NCBI GenBank assembly: GCA_051942205.1
Contig: JAVECO010000013.1
Span: 62,001-126,000, forward strand
From: Coniocarpon cinnabarinum
Taxonomy: Eukaryota
Direction of reading: 5' to 3'
Length of the DNA: 64,000 bases
Shown here: piece after piece, positions 37,457 through 50,967 of the stretch
How the letters are laid out: each line of letters starts with the position of its first letter
How positions within the stretch are numbered: position 1 is the first letter of the stretch
The notes under the pieces: generated by a model
Seen by the model: only the letters and a program-made list of their open reading frames with translations
What the model was told of the DNA's origin: nothing
Database searches by the model: none
Position numbers and translations under genes: made by a program

Positions 37457-40400
37457 TGATGCATGCATGGTCGTACTGGTGGTGAAAGTGATGGTATATC
37501 GTAATGTGTACATGTGTAATGGGCATAGCTTGGGCGGGACTGAACAACGGCATTTGCATGACGTAGGAACTTGACACGTCATAGCTGACAGCTGGCATTG
37601 TTATGCTTGCATCAATGGAAAAATTGCATACTTAAGACGGGATTTCTTGCATCTTTTCACGTATGGCAGTATAAGAGTCGTAGCGAAATAGTGTCTGCCG
37701 TGCTGCACGTTAGGGTATTCGTTGACGTACAGACATGCTGTGTGTCGTTTCTCGAGCACAAAGTTGACATTGATGCTTGTGTTGCCTGAAAATGGGATGA
37801 CGATATCATCGTCCTCATCTGCATCCTCAACACTAGCATTGTCAACCTTATCATCAACACCATTGTTGGACCCTGGCATGATCATCAGCATTAGCATGAG
37901 CATGGAAAATCAAGCGCAACGTGGCAAAGATTCCTGTGCCACAGTGCACAAAAAGTGCAATGTAGCTACTGCCCCTGATTGAAAATTTGACACATCGCTT
38001 GGATGTTATGACCTTGAGTGTGATGAGAAAGATCTCGAGTGTTGAACTAGATTTGTGTTTTTATCAATCTCTGTTCTGAGATCACGCGAGGCCTAACCAA
38101 GCCAGATCCGCAGTGCATGACGTGTGAGCTCGTGTCACGCGATAGCTCGCATTGACAAGCATCACCGGAGGATTGCATTCACTTGGTGTTTTGCTCTTCA
38201 TTTGTCAATAATTTGCGCAATGATGGAGCACACAACTTTGAACGCCAGGGGCGAGAGACAGTCCAACTCTACTTCTTTGCTTCTTTTTTACAGGTAATCG
38301 TTGGAATTGGAGACAGGAGAGTGTAAGAGGTGTTTGAGGATGATGAGCGTTATTAGTGATTATGAAAGCACGTAGGGCAAAGATGACTTTGAGTGATCAT
38401 TGGAGACGAGTGCAAATGCTGCGTCTTCCCTTGAACCTCGGCGCTGTGCATAATATTGCGTCGTCATGATTAGTGAACGAAATGTCTTCAACGATGGGGA
38501 TGTATTTATGTATAGGAGACGGACGTCAGACTCTGAATGATTATTTGGCTGCGTGTGACGTGATGGGTACTTAAAAATAATGGCAAAGAAGAAGTGGGTG
38601 CTGTATCCAATCGGAAGAATTACTTAGTCGAATGATGGATGGAGTGGATGAGAAAGGTACAGTGTACTGTGGAAAGACTTCTTTGGAGGGGTGAAGAAGC
38701 GACTCAAGCGAGGACAAGCGATGCCAAAAAATTGCACAAGATTTTTCATTGTCTTGACATCTCGTGGAAGGCGCAAGAGAGTGATCTTCACCATGGTATT
38801 CGATGATGAAGAACATTATGATGAACTTGTGTACGATTTTTCTAGCCCTATGTTAAAGTCGCGTTTTACGACTCTAACGCATGATCAAACCTCTCTCGCG
38901 AACGAATTTGTTGTCCTTAAGTCGCTGTCTCGAATCCGTGTCAAGATTGCTGAAATGAGGGGGATGATTTGAATGACCGGGTCAACGGATGCAAGAGTGC
39001 GTTCATGTAAAATTACTTTCCATCAGCAGCAGGCTTTGCTCGGATACCCACCTCTATGTCGACCAGGGGCGATAAAACGAGACAAGGGACATAAACAGCT
39101 TAAATGAGAGTTGTGTCAATTCTAACGTATCCTCGGAGATTCGACGAGTGATTGCCATCATCATGATCAGTCAATGGAGAGGCTTATGACTAATCCCTGC
39201 CTCCACTGACAACTAGGCTGGTATGCGAAAGATCGATGTTCTCCTCAATTGAAAGTCTGCTGCTGAGTGGATGCAGGGTCGAGAAGCATGGCGTCAAAAG
39301 AAAAGGGCGGGTGGGACTCTGAGCGAGGTCTATGTCAAATCTAGCGGCGTTCGAAAGACGTGTGGTGGTGACCTCTATCACTACTACACGGGGACTCTAG
39401 TGAAGATGAATGTCTTCATCTTCATCGTAGAGACTTTGGGTATTTATGTCTTAGATCCGAAGCAGCGATTTCAACGCAAGATCAAGCCCCTTGCAAAACT
39501 TGCTAACCCCTTGAAGTCGTGATCTGAGATGTTTTGTCGAACACACTGACGGGGACTGCTTGATAAATGCACATTACGCGTTTGATATTGGAACAATGCT
39601 GCAACGTGATGCAATCTGGAGCTGGCATGTAAAGCAAAGCATATGTAGAAGTCCTCGAAAGAGCGCACTTTGCTTGGACTCAAGCCTATTGCTGAGTAGG
39701 TACCTAGGAAAGAACCTCGGAGAGAAAAGACAGGGGCTTTGAAGACTTTAGACGAGATCTTTACCATACATTACTCTCTTTGAAAGCATTAGCCGAAGAT
39801 CATCATCATCAACCCTCACGCTTTTGAAATGACCATCACATTAATACCTGTAAGCAGAATTACATTGTATGTCGAGTTCTACGACTTTCAAAAGTTGACA
39901 AGCCGCTGAGACAGACTAATCTTAGTTTAAAATCGCTGTCTTCATTTATGTCATCGAGTTTCCTGGGCACCTTCTCAAAGCTGGAGATGACGTGTCTGCA
40001 AGCGAAATGACGTGAACACGGATGCCGCATGGGACCGAGATGCAACACCGAATTCATACTTAGAAGTTGGCATGTTGTTGGTTGCTTCGTTTTGACAAAA
40101 GCCTCTTACAAGGCAGATGCAAGCACAAACTGCGCGGGCAGAGACAGCAGGGGCGCGGAATGGCTTAGACGAGTGTTTTTCATATCTCAACGTATCTTCA
40201 CCGATAGAAAGAGATAAGCTGGTGATCATCACTACCTTTGAGAGTCACAATAAGATTTGTTTGCATGAGTGAACGAGAAATAATGTGTTAAGTATCTGAC
40301 TTGGCAGTCCTTATGCGTGATTTAAGCCCCTCCAACAACTTGCCCACCATTGAATCGTTGCCTGAAATATTTCTCTCAGCGTGCGTGGCGACTAAGAACG

Positions 40401-40578
40401 CTTTACATCTTTAAACAAAGTTCGAAACCAAGACGACGTGATTGCAAGACTCAGCATTATGCATAGATGCAAAATAGGATTCGCACGTGAAAGTACTCAG
40501 ATGAATGTGTAGCAGTTTTGGTATAGTAGATCCCTTCTGCTGAGCAGGAGCGAGGGAGCGAGTTGGAAAAAGAGTAGC

Positions 40579-40604
40579 TGAATGAATGAATGAATGAATG
40601 AATG
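40579..40604. repeat. Microsatellite (TGAA)x6
   Basis: Read directly. Confidence 0.95.
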
Positions 40605-43600
40605 CATAGAGGATCTCAGATGAAGCTTCCGTCACATCTAAACGTCTATACAAAGACGCGAATTAATGATGTCCCGCATCAGCACGAACTTCCAGGACCT
40701 TGGAATAACGGTATTCATTCTCGTGCAAGAAATGTGCAAGTCTGCATTATATGTCGGTTCTTTGCTCAATTGGATCCTTTTGATAGTGATTCCTTTTGGT
40801 TTAAGATCGCTATTCCAGATGTTTTGTCAAAAACGTTAGGAGCACTACGATTTTTTAAAAGGCTGAAGATGAAGTACACGCAACTAGCATGACGTGACTG
40901 CGAGATAGCAGAGCTGGCATTCGAAGATACTTGAAAGCTGTCGCATGCTCTGTTAAAACGCAGTCTGCGATCAAGCAGGGATACCGAAATGAGATCAAGG
41001 CAAGAGACAGGGGACGCAAACAGTTCTGATGAGAATGTGGTTGTGTTTTGAACGTTTCTTTGGGAATTTGAGCTGGCGATCATCATCGATATTAGACCAT
41101 GATTTCAGTAATCATGACTGCGTACATTAATTACATCGAAATGTGCAAAACTGAGGAAAAAATCTGACCTTTCACGGACAATTTCATTGCTGTTTGGGAA
41201 TAGCAAATCCCCTCGCAATCGACTTTGAAGTGCTGCCGATGTTACTGCATACTATGCTTGCTACGACATCGAGACAGAAACCAAAGAGGTGTAATAAAAG
41301 TTGATCACTTTGTATGAGCATGGGTCGAATTGTGACAAAATGTGTCTTCAATGGTTTAGATAAAAAGTAGCATCTGTATCAACTGCGTCCCTGATTATAG
41401 GCAGGATTTCTGAATGTCATCGACGATGAGGAGAGCAGATCTGAGGGGTGTAGATCCCGTTAACCAACTTATGAGCGCCCAACAAAAAGAGCTTCGACTC
41501 TTTGAGATTGCAAATCTGAAGCTAATCATCATTTCGCAGGCATCGCGCCGGCTCACAGTTTGTTGTTGCTGAAAGAAGAGTGCATGCAGATCGACGCGAT
41601 GTCAAGGACTGTGCAGGGATAGCACCTGCAATCGCTTAGTTGCCCCTAGGACTAATCTAGCCGACGCTCCGAAGACGCGGAGATGGACTGAATCCAGCTG
41701 GACCTTGACTTTGATTCTATTTATGTGTGTGGCCTGAATGTTTGAATCGATAAATTCAATATGTCTGTTAGGCTGGAGAAGAGCTGCATCAGACGAGCAT
41801 GCATGAGTATCGTGGAAATCTCGTTGTGGGAGGCCTTGAAACAGAGGCATTCCACGTCGGCGGTGACCGCCATCATGTCGCCAAACCGGTGCGATTCATC
41901 TCAATGTTGCATGTAAAGCGAACTTAAAATTGAGGCGTACAACCCGCGTCAGTGAGCAGTCAACTTTTACTTCGTGCCCCTGTATATACAGAACTGGTCT
42001 GCTCCTTTAGGTATGTCTTTAAAAATATAATGACAGATGGTTATGAAAAGTGAACGCTGATGTTTGTGCTTTAATGAGCCGGCGGATGTTTTGCCAAATT
42101 GCTCTGTTGGTAGTAGGAGACTCGGTCTAAGGCATTGCCAGGCGACACCTTTGCATCAACGAAGAGATGCTGACGCAAGTATTTCCGTGAAAATTTGAAA
42201 TGCGAAAGGATCGAACATCTCTGTGAACGAAAAGCCGCAAAAAGCCCATGAGTTGAAATCTCACCAGTGTTGAATGTCTCCCCTGAAATTAAGTAGTCGC
42301 GTGGGAAATGTTGAGTTGAGATGCTTGGCGGTTTTGAACGACTTTTTCAGCTTGGATGAATTATATACTTCTGACAGAGAACGACGCGACGTGACTCTTG
42401 CTACAGACATGTGGTGAACGTCAATACTGTAATAGCGACAGACATAAGAGAAGAGTGGAATAGATGATTGCGTCTGACTTGCGAGAGATAAATAACAACA
42501 AGGCAGCAGCCTAGGGGATTGCAAAAGTTGAATACCTACCACTGGGGCTTCATTTTGTCTATGACGGACTTTCCATCGTGTGCATGAAAGCTCATGTTCC
42601 TCGGCATTTGACTTTTACGGCTCGGCGTCGATGCACTCCAGTATGAAAGATTTATTGCAGGCGAGACCGATGTCATGAAATAGATAAAGAGTCCCCTTAT
42701 TTCTTGGAATGAAGTGAGCCAATTGCACCTTTTGATTTCCGATAGCTGATAAATTTAGAAGATTAGTGATCTGATGGTTGGGGAAGGGAGTCCATCGCCT
42801 CAGGCGATGGCTGGAGGAGTTCTAAAAACAATGGTATGATGCCGGACATACAGGAGCAGCGACCCGAGAACATTTCCTAAAGCCTCGTGAAGGTGTTGTT
42901 GCCAGGTCTTCTACTGAAAAGGCAATGTAGAGAGGATTGCACTTGCAAGCTCGGTTTCGTGATCTCAGCGCGAGCGCATATGGAAGCTACGATAGTCATC
43001 ATCACTATTTTGGCCTTAGCGCTAAGTTGTTAGACAAGATGAATATGTCTACCTGAGGACTCGCAGGCTTGCCCGCGTCATGCATACAATCTGTCTTTCT
43101 GGTCCATATGAACGTGATGTTGCGCGAAAGAGCTCAGCACACGATCGCAGCAGTTGTATGGGATGATGGCTGAACGTGATTGTCAAGTGTGACTAGCGTA
43201 GAAGGCGCTTCTGTGGTGAACAACATGATAGTGCATGAGTTTTCGAACTCGAAACGGGATATCCTATGCGGCCTACCGTTCATTTCGTGAGGGAATGGGG
43301 AGGGAGATTTCAGCCTTGACGTAATGCGATAGGAATAGAGTCGCTGCAAAATCGTGACCGCAAGTTCATGGCGTTGGTGCTGATCGCCTTCATGAGACTC
43401 GAAGGGGTTTGGAATAGACAAGCATTCCGCCATGAACGCCAGAAACTTACTCGATGCGTTGCCTCTACCTTCAGGATACCGACGAACCTTGATTGGCAAT
43501 CTACTTGCAACGAACTCCCAACTTCAGCTTGGCGTAGTTGAAGAGGTTTGATGCCCAAGGAGACCAGCACAAGTGCACGTCCACTCTCATAGAAGGATGG

Positions 43601-44617
43601 TATCCCTTGCAAATGTTTCGAGTAAAGGATCGGAATCCCCTGCCACGTTTCTTGAATCTTCTTGCCGCTGCATCTGAGACGATTTGGTGAACTGTGCGAA
43701 TGGCATTTCATACTTCTTTCACTTTTGCCGCGCCGTCGGATCAATACGCTGATACTGCCGATTTTGTTCAAGCAAAAATACACTCATAGCCGAGACAAGC
43801 CACGCAGACGACGTGGCCGCCCGCAAAGTCATATTACGTGCAAGTATGGCAAAGCGTAGTGTATAGCTCTAGCGAATTAGTTCGCAACCTTGCTAAACCT
43901 GCGAAAAGACCTATGATTGGGCAGCGTTCAAAATAAGTGCCAAAATAAGTGCCTTCCAGCGCGATGTGCGAGCAGAACTGTAAAAGCTTCTAACTTGATG
44001 CAATAGGGCTGGTATGTATTACTCACAATCGCTCGCAATGCTGCAAAAGCCATTGCTGCGACTCTGGCGCGCAAGACTCGAATTGTAAGGATGAGTCACA
44101 GAGTTGTGTTGGCAAGCGGTAATGTTATGAGCTCCGTCGGACGAAAATCAGAGACGGCTTCCTCTGCGAGCGCATGGGAATCAATCAGGCATAACCGAAA
44201 ACGGCCCACTTCGCCCACTTTGTATCTGTACACCGTTTGACTTGCTTTTGCGACGGGTACGACCAAGATAGGACAGCCCGTGACACAGTGGTCAGCTCCT
44301 AATTGACTGCAATTGACTGCGCTTGCCATAGACAAACCCGCACAAACTCAGAATCTTGGCAGCAACGCAATGAGAAGAATGAGTGTTGTTCGAAGATTCC
44401 ACAGCAAGCGATGACGTCGATGTGCTGCAAACAAAGCGGATCCACGAAGCGAAACCCTTGATGACGGAAGGAGGAAAATCTGATTTGCATAATGCATCAG
44501 GCCCAAGGGATTCATAAGCCGGCGTTAGGAACTTCAGCCGCCCGCACTACGCCAAAATCGGATTAGCCTCCGTGTCGCAATCTCTGCCGTTTTCGTCGTA
44601 AACAGTCCGTCAGCGTT

Positions 44618-45039
44618 GTCCTGGCAAAACCCTTGTCTCCTACGGATCCCGGACAGACAGCTCTCTCCAATAGCGGGTAGGATCTTCCCAATCCGCAATG
44701 TGCGGCAATCACTGTGCGGGTGAAGAGACAGGGCTCGCGGGGCGTACATCCACCGCCCGGCTTGCTGATGACTCCTCGGACATCAGTAGAAGCCAGAGAC
44801 ATCTTGGCAAACAACACACCAATGCCCATAGGTTGCGTGCTCACCGACCAGTTCTGTTCCGCTGCAAATGGGGCGTTTGTGTTTTGCAGTCGATATCCGC
44901 TGTCTCGGCTCACTGTCACGGTCAACCATATACCATGTTCAAATTCCGAAGTGTCAGATCTTGCCGAAATGGCCGTTCACAGAAGTATTGGTACGTACAA
45001 TTGCATACCCGTACCCGCAGTCCTGGCAAAACGCTTGTC
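44618..45039 (+). promoter_or_regulatory. 20-bp direct repeat pair upstream of the MFS transporter (candidate cis-element)
   Basis: GTCCTGGCAAAACCCTTGTC at 44618-44637 and GTCCTGGCAAAACGCTTGTC at 45020-45039 (19/20 identical). The regulatory role is inferred. Confidence 0.45.
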
Positions 45040-45409
45040 GCCAAACTGTGCTGGGAAAATGGTATTGTATCTCATGCGACCCCACTTGCGGACCCTGGGG
45101 CGAAGGTCTGTTACCAATCCAGTTTCGGACTTTAGCGTCCGGTGGATCCGATGTTGGCAAGCGTGGACCAATGCTTACTGACAGAGATACGGAGCAACAA
45201 GTAAGCAATGTTTGAAACAGTATGGTGGAATGGCTGCTTACGCCGTCTGGCTCACGAAGTCGCTGGAAGACTGACTCAGCTAGCTTGACTCAACAAGATA
45301 AGCCGTGTAGCTTGCTGTGGTTTTATTGCCCTCGTCTCGTCCTCACCATGCTTTTCTTCTCTTCTCTGCTGTGCTCGTCTCATCCAGTGTCCGCAATCAA
45401 CCTATCATA

Positions 45410-47344
45410 ATGGCAATGAACACAATCCGTGATTCTGCCCTTGGGCAACTGATCAGACTCGTGAGCAAGAAACCTTTCCAGTATGAGGAAGAGAAGCCTG
45501 GCTTCCAGCCGCCGTGGATGCAGATCCAACCTGATCTCAAGACTCCTACGACTCCACGGGCAGCTTCATTGAGTGGCTCGACCTCGGAAGAACTCGAGAA
45601 GCCCCAAAAAGAGGCCTCTGAAGAACCTGAGAAGGATGCCCCCCGGGATGATCTCGACCGCGATTTGGAGAAGTCCATTTCCCGAGTGCCCACTGAGCGG
45701 GAAGTTCACAGTAGCTCGGGCGAGGGCATCACCTCGTCAATGACTAAGACTAGCACTGTCTCTCGTAAAGTGACGAGAGAACAGACGCGGCCTTGGACTG
45801 CTGAGCGACATGAAACAGAACGAAGCGAGGAGTTGCAAGCTACGCAGAGCGCCATCATTGTACCCACGAAAACGAAAGACGGCGTCATTCTCGTGGACTG
45901 GTACACCACTGACGACCGTGAGAACCCACAAAATTGGTCTCTGAAGAAGAAGGTTTACGTCACATTTCAATTGTGGCTCTATACTTTCACCGTTTATTGT
46001 GCATCCGCTATCTACACTCCCAGTGAGGAAGGCGTCATGGAACGGTTTGGCGTTGGAATCCCCAAAGCCGCTCTTGGTCTCTCTATGTACGTCCTTGGAT
46101 ACGGCATTGGCCCCTTGCTATTTTCTCCAGTGAGCGAGATTCCAGTTTTTGGGAGGAACGTTCCGTATATCTCGTCGTTCATTCTCTTCGTCATCCTGAG
46201 TTTCCCGCTTGCGGTCGTCGACAACTACGCTGGGTTGCTGGTTCTCCGATTCCTGACAGGCTTCCTCGGATCGCCATGTCTCGCCACTGGGGGAGCTACC
46301 ATCCAAGATATCTACTCCTTCATGAACTTGCCCTACGGCTTTTCAGCGTGGACAGCAGCCGCATTCTGCGCCCCTGCTCTCGGCCCACTTCTGTCTGGCT
46401 TCGCAGTCATGGCAAAAGGCTGGAGATGGTCACTCTGGGAGATCATCTGGATGTGTGGTCCAGTTTGTCTTGTCATGTTCATCTCTTTCCCGGAGACCTC
46501 GGCAGGCAACATCCTCCTAAACAGAGCCAAGCGCCTCCGCAAACTCACTGGCAACCCCAACTACAAGGCGCAGTCCGAAATCGATCAAGCCAACATGTCT
46601 TTCAAGCAGGTCGCCGAAGATGCACTCATTAAGCCGTTCCAGATCACGGCCTTGGATCCTGCGATTGCGTTCACTAATGGCTATACTGCTCTCATCTACG
46701 GTATCTACTATACGTTCTTCGAGGCTTTCCCACTCGTCTACATTGATGTCTACGGCTTCAACCTTGGCACAATGGGTATCGTCTTTACTTGTGTCATTGT
46801 TGGCTGCTTGATGGGCATAGCGATATATGGTAAGTCTATCACTCTCTGAGAATTTCGCAAAGTGTACAATGCTAACATATCCACAGTCGCATACATCCAC
46901 TGGTACCTCAATCCTGACATTGCAAAACATGGTCTGCGAGCCCAGGAGCATCGCCTCGTCCCTGCTCTCTTCGCCTCATTCGGTCTCCCCGCCGGCCTTT
47001 TCATCTTCGCCTGGTGCAGTCGCCAGTCCGTCCATTGGATCGCCTCAGTCATCGGTATCACACTCTTCGCCGCAAGCGCTTTCGTGCTCATGCAGTGTGT
47101 ATTCATCTACCTGCCTCTCTCCTATCCAAAATACGCCGCCAGTCTCTTCGCCGCTAACGACACGTGGCGATCAAGTCTGGCGGCTGGATCTATCATCTAC
47201 GGACATCCGCTCTTTGTCAATCTCGGCATAGGCCGTGGTGTCTCGCTGCTTGGCGGACTGGCTTGCGGTGGTGTCGTTGGTATTTGGCTTTTGTGGATCT
47301 ATGGTGCGAAACTGAGAGCGAAGAGTAAGTTCGCGCAGTCGTAA
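45410..47344 (+). CDS. MFS multidrug:H+ antiporter, DHA1 family (MDR1/FLR1/Caf5-like), 2 exons
   Basis: IRDSALGQLIR, LVDWYTTDDRENPQNWS, LGYGIGPLLFSPVSEIPVFGR, GSPCLATGGA, WRWSLW, PETS; intron 46830-46886; LRAKSKFAQS*. Confidence 0.95.
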
Positions 47345-50300
47345 GCACTGCCGAGCATACTGGCCAAGGAAAAGTATCTATTCACGCTGGAACGAATCCT
47401 CTCTCTCGAAGCGTATGTAAATGTGGGCGCAGACACTTGAATTAGGACAGTAATATACATCTAATGATACCCTGTCTACATGGCTCCAAGGGTTTTCGGT
47501 TGCTATTGTGCGTGCTCATAAACGGGGGCTCCAAGCTACCTCGTCAACTTGAGTCTGAGCCACGAGATGATGAGAAGCATTCCTACTGCTCGTATCTCAT
47601 ACCAGGTGCCAGCATCCCGCCGGCCCGCATTCAACGACCGAGGGTCCAAGGACTCGGGCACGGAATACCGTCCCGCGATTTCCAATAACCTCAGCCGCAG
47701 CGGAATGGAACGACGATATGACGTCAGACGCGTGCACGCGTTCCCGTCGCCATCATCACGGCCTTCAAAGCCGTCGGACGAAAGCATCAGCGGAATGAAA
47801 AATCGCGCGGGATGTGGGAACGCAAAGTTGGAAATGAAAATTTCTCGTCTGCTCTGAAACGCAAGCGGCTATGGCAAGCGGCTATGAGTCAGGAGAATTA
47901 TTCAGCATGACGTTTTTGCCTGAAAGCACAGGCTATTACTGGCCCTCATACTTATGCCTCAGGGGCATTGTGGGCCGTCGAAATGAGTTCCATCTGCACG
48001 CGGAAAAGATCGTAAAGTGCTAATCATCGTCAGCTGCATTTGCTTGCTGTTCTTGTGGATATTGCCCACAAGATGGGCTGAAGTCTTGTGGCTATACGCG
48101 CTTTCAATGCCTCCCCCTAAATGCCGCTCCGCAGTGCTGCACCATGAAGTTCTTTAGCTGAAGATAAATCGCTTCAAAGGCCGGTAAGCTGTTCAAAGAT
48201 GTTCACGTAAAGCTCCACGCGACTCCATGCTACATGAACTTTTGTCTTCCATGTCACGCGATGTACGATGCTGCTACAGGGGCCCTACATATCATTCTCT
48301 TGCTATTTGCAGCTCCAAGCCGGAATTCAAAATTTGCGTCATCGCGATTTCACACGGTGATGGTCAGCATGGCTCTGCGTACGAGAAATCCTGGAATTGA
48401 GAAGGGAAGACGTGGAATGTTCAGGCTGTCTCATAGGCGTTACACCAGCCTTCAATACCCCTCGACTTGTGCGTTGAGCTCATCATCATGTTGAATGTTC
48501 CTATCGCACGAACTTGTGCACGACGAAGAGCTATGTTTTTGATGACACGGCACTAGTGTGCGGATGGACTGAAGGGCTACAGGTGGATATAATGAGCCAA
48601 ATCGGCAACTTTGCATGAATTAAACGAGGAATACTTTCGTGTCCCTTCTTTGGAGGGGCAAGTACCTCTTCGAGCGTGCGCATCGCTGATGCGCCCTGGA
48701 AATGTAGGGCTTGTTGCGTGACTTCACACATCAATAATGCAATCCTGTTGACGAACGATATGAAGTCTCATTGGAAGCTATCTGTGTTCAATTGAAAACG
48801 ATGATAGACTAAGCTAAACGCACACGACAAAATGTCCCAAAATCGCGATGATGAGCCCCTAAGTCGAACACTGAGTCCAGGATAGTGCGTTGCGTTCCCT
48901 TGAGACGTGCGGGCCAAGTTTGAAACGGCCTATGCAAACAAATAGTCTTGCCAGAAGTTAGTTCCAAGGTCCGCACGATTTGATTTAAAACAGACAGAAT
49001 TTACTTCCCCACGACTGTAAGACGAGATCGAAAGTTGCGCGACAAGAACCAGACACGTCACCACTGCAGGGGATGCATTCCTCTCCAGCGCCAGAAAAAT
49101 TCCACATAGATAAGAGCGAGATGCACGTGCTATAGTATGATGCTTGCTATGTTCAACTCTTGCCTCATGATGTCCTCCTGCATTATCGGAGACTTGGCTC
49201 AGACTTAGACTACATAGAGCTACTTATTAAGAAAAACGCGATAGAATGCGCGTGAGTTGTAATTCAATTCTGATACTTGTTTATTTTTGACCCCTACTTA
49301 ACACGACACCACGGAGGCCATCCTAAACTGCTGGAAGAAAAGCTACTCTACCGTGTGCACACCCAACAGTATCGCTCATATGATTTCGAGACTTGCTATG
49401 CATGAACGGTCCGAAATGGCTAAGTCGAAGCTCATCCGGGCAATCGAGTTTGCTCTTCTGGGAAAAAACGGCACTGGCGCAAGTCTTAGGGGAGTAGGCG
49501 TTAGCTCCCATCAGGCAGCCTCTATCTTCAAACAAATCGGGCTGCACTGCTACACCTTATTCAGCTGTCAGATGATGACGATCATCATTAAGAACGAGTT
49601 TGTCAGTACCGTTGCTCACATCACGCTCGGCACACGACACAGTTGATCTATCATCCTTCATAGACCCTTGGTGAATATCTTACAGCTTTCAGTATAAGAG
49701 CCACAATTGATAGTAGAAGAAGCGCAATGCTTTCGCAAAGAGATGCGTATCAGGGGGCCGCCTTTTATGTTTGCAGAGAAGCTCCAAGCTCTTGCTGGTG
49801 TTAACTTCCTCTCAAACTTTGCGTGCGTACAAGTCGATGATGGAGATCATTATCTTGAACCTCAATTGTTAACTTGATAGCTTATAGGTTTGACTTCATG
49901 CATACATCTGTTTGCGATGCCCTCGACAAGCACCCCACACTTCTTTGGAACGTTCGCGAGCTAAATCGTCGCATGCGTGGACTCACGAAGTGAGAGGCTT
50001 ATGAGTACTGCACAGGGACAAACGTGGCCATAACCCTCTCAGTGCATCCCCGCAAGAAGAGTTCCGATAAAGAGACCCCCAACCTTTCCGAGGAGTTTGG
50101 GTGCGGATTCTAGGGGGCAAAACCAGGACAGCGAGGACTCTTAGCTTAGTGAATAGCCATAAAACTCAAAGTTTCCGTCTTGAACGATGATGAATATCAC
50201 TTGTTGAGTGATATCAATGACGCTATGACGGCGACTACGTTCCAGCCGATCGTGCTCATGTGATTGACTCGGCCCCTGACGCAGATCTATGGAATCCTGG

Positions 50301-50967
50301 GCAGAGATGTTCTCGAGCTGACAAATGGTGTGAGACCCTTCGTCTTGTCGAGTATGTTTGTGTTCGTATAAAATGCTGAGTGTGTCTGGTTTGGATTGAT
50401 CATGGAAGCCTGATCACATCTTCGTCAAAGAGGTTTAGGATATTTCGCACGTCTCGATCAAAACATGCTTAAAGAAAGGTTGAGAGCCTGAGTCCCGCGG
50501 TTTGAGCTGGCCCGCTGTCAATGTTGAGATATTCTTCTTGGATGCCGAGCACTTTGTCAAGCACGATCCCACACTGACAGGGTGATTAGTCCAGTCGAGG
50601 ACCTGACACTCGAAAGCCATTTACCGCGGTTGAACCTCAATTAATTGGGGTCAAGAAAGTGGCAAGATATAGAAGTTCATACTAAGTTGGCCGCTGGATC
50701 TTGTTCAACAGAAACGGAATACTATGTGAAATTGAATCGCTCCACCGCAGACTTGCGCAGCGAGGCCGAGTACATTCAGTCTTTGTTGAGCGCTCAACAA
50801 CTTTCACGTCCCCAGGCGCTTGTGCAAGCAGCACCAGATAACTTTGCGTGTCATCTCAAGAAGCAGCGTAAGAAACAAGCTTTGACTCTACGGTTTAAGA
50901 CCTGGCAGTCTGCAGCCACGGCTTGAATCAATTAGAGCATCTTCAGTTTTCATACCATTGAAGTCAT

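Noticed and set aside
47861..47886. 13-bp tandem duplication GCAAGCGGCTATG x2
   Set aside because: An isolated slippage-type duplication with no associated element ends.
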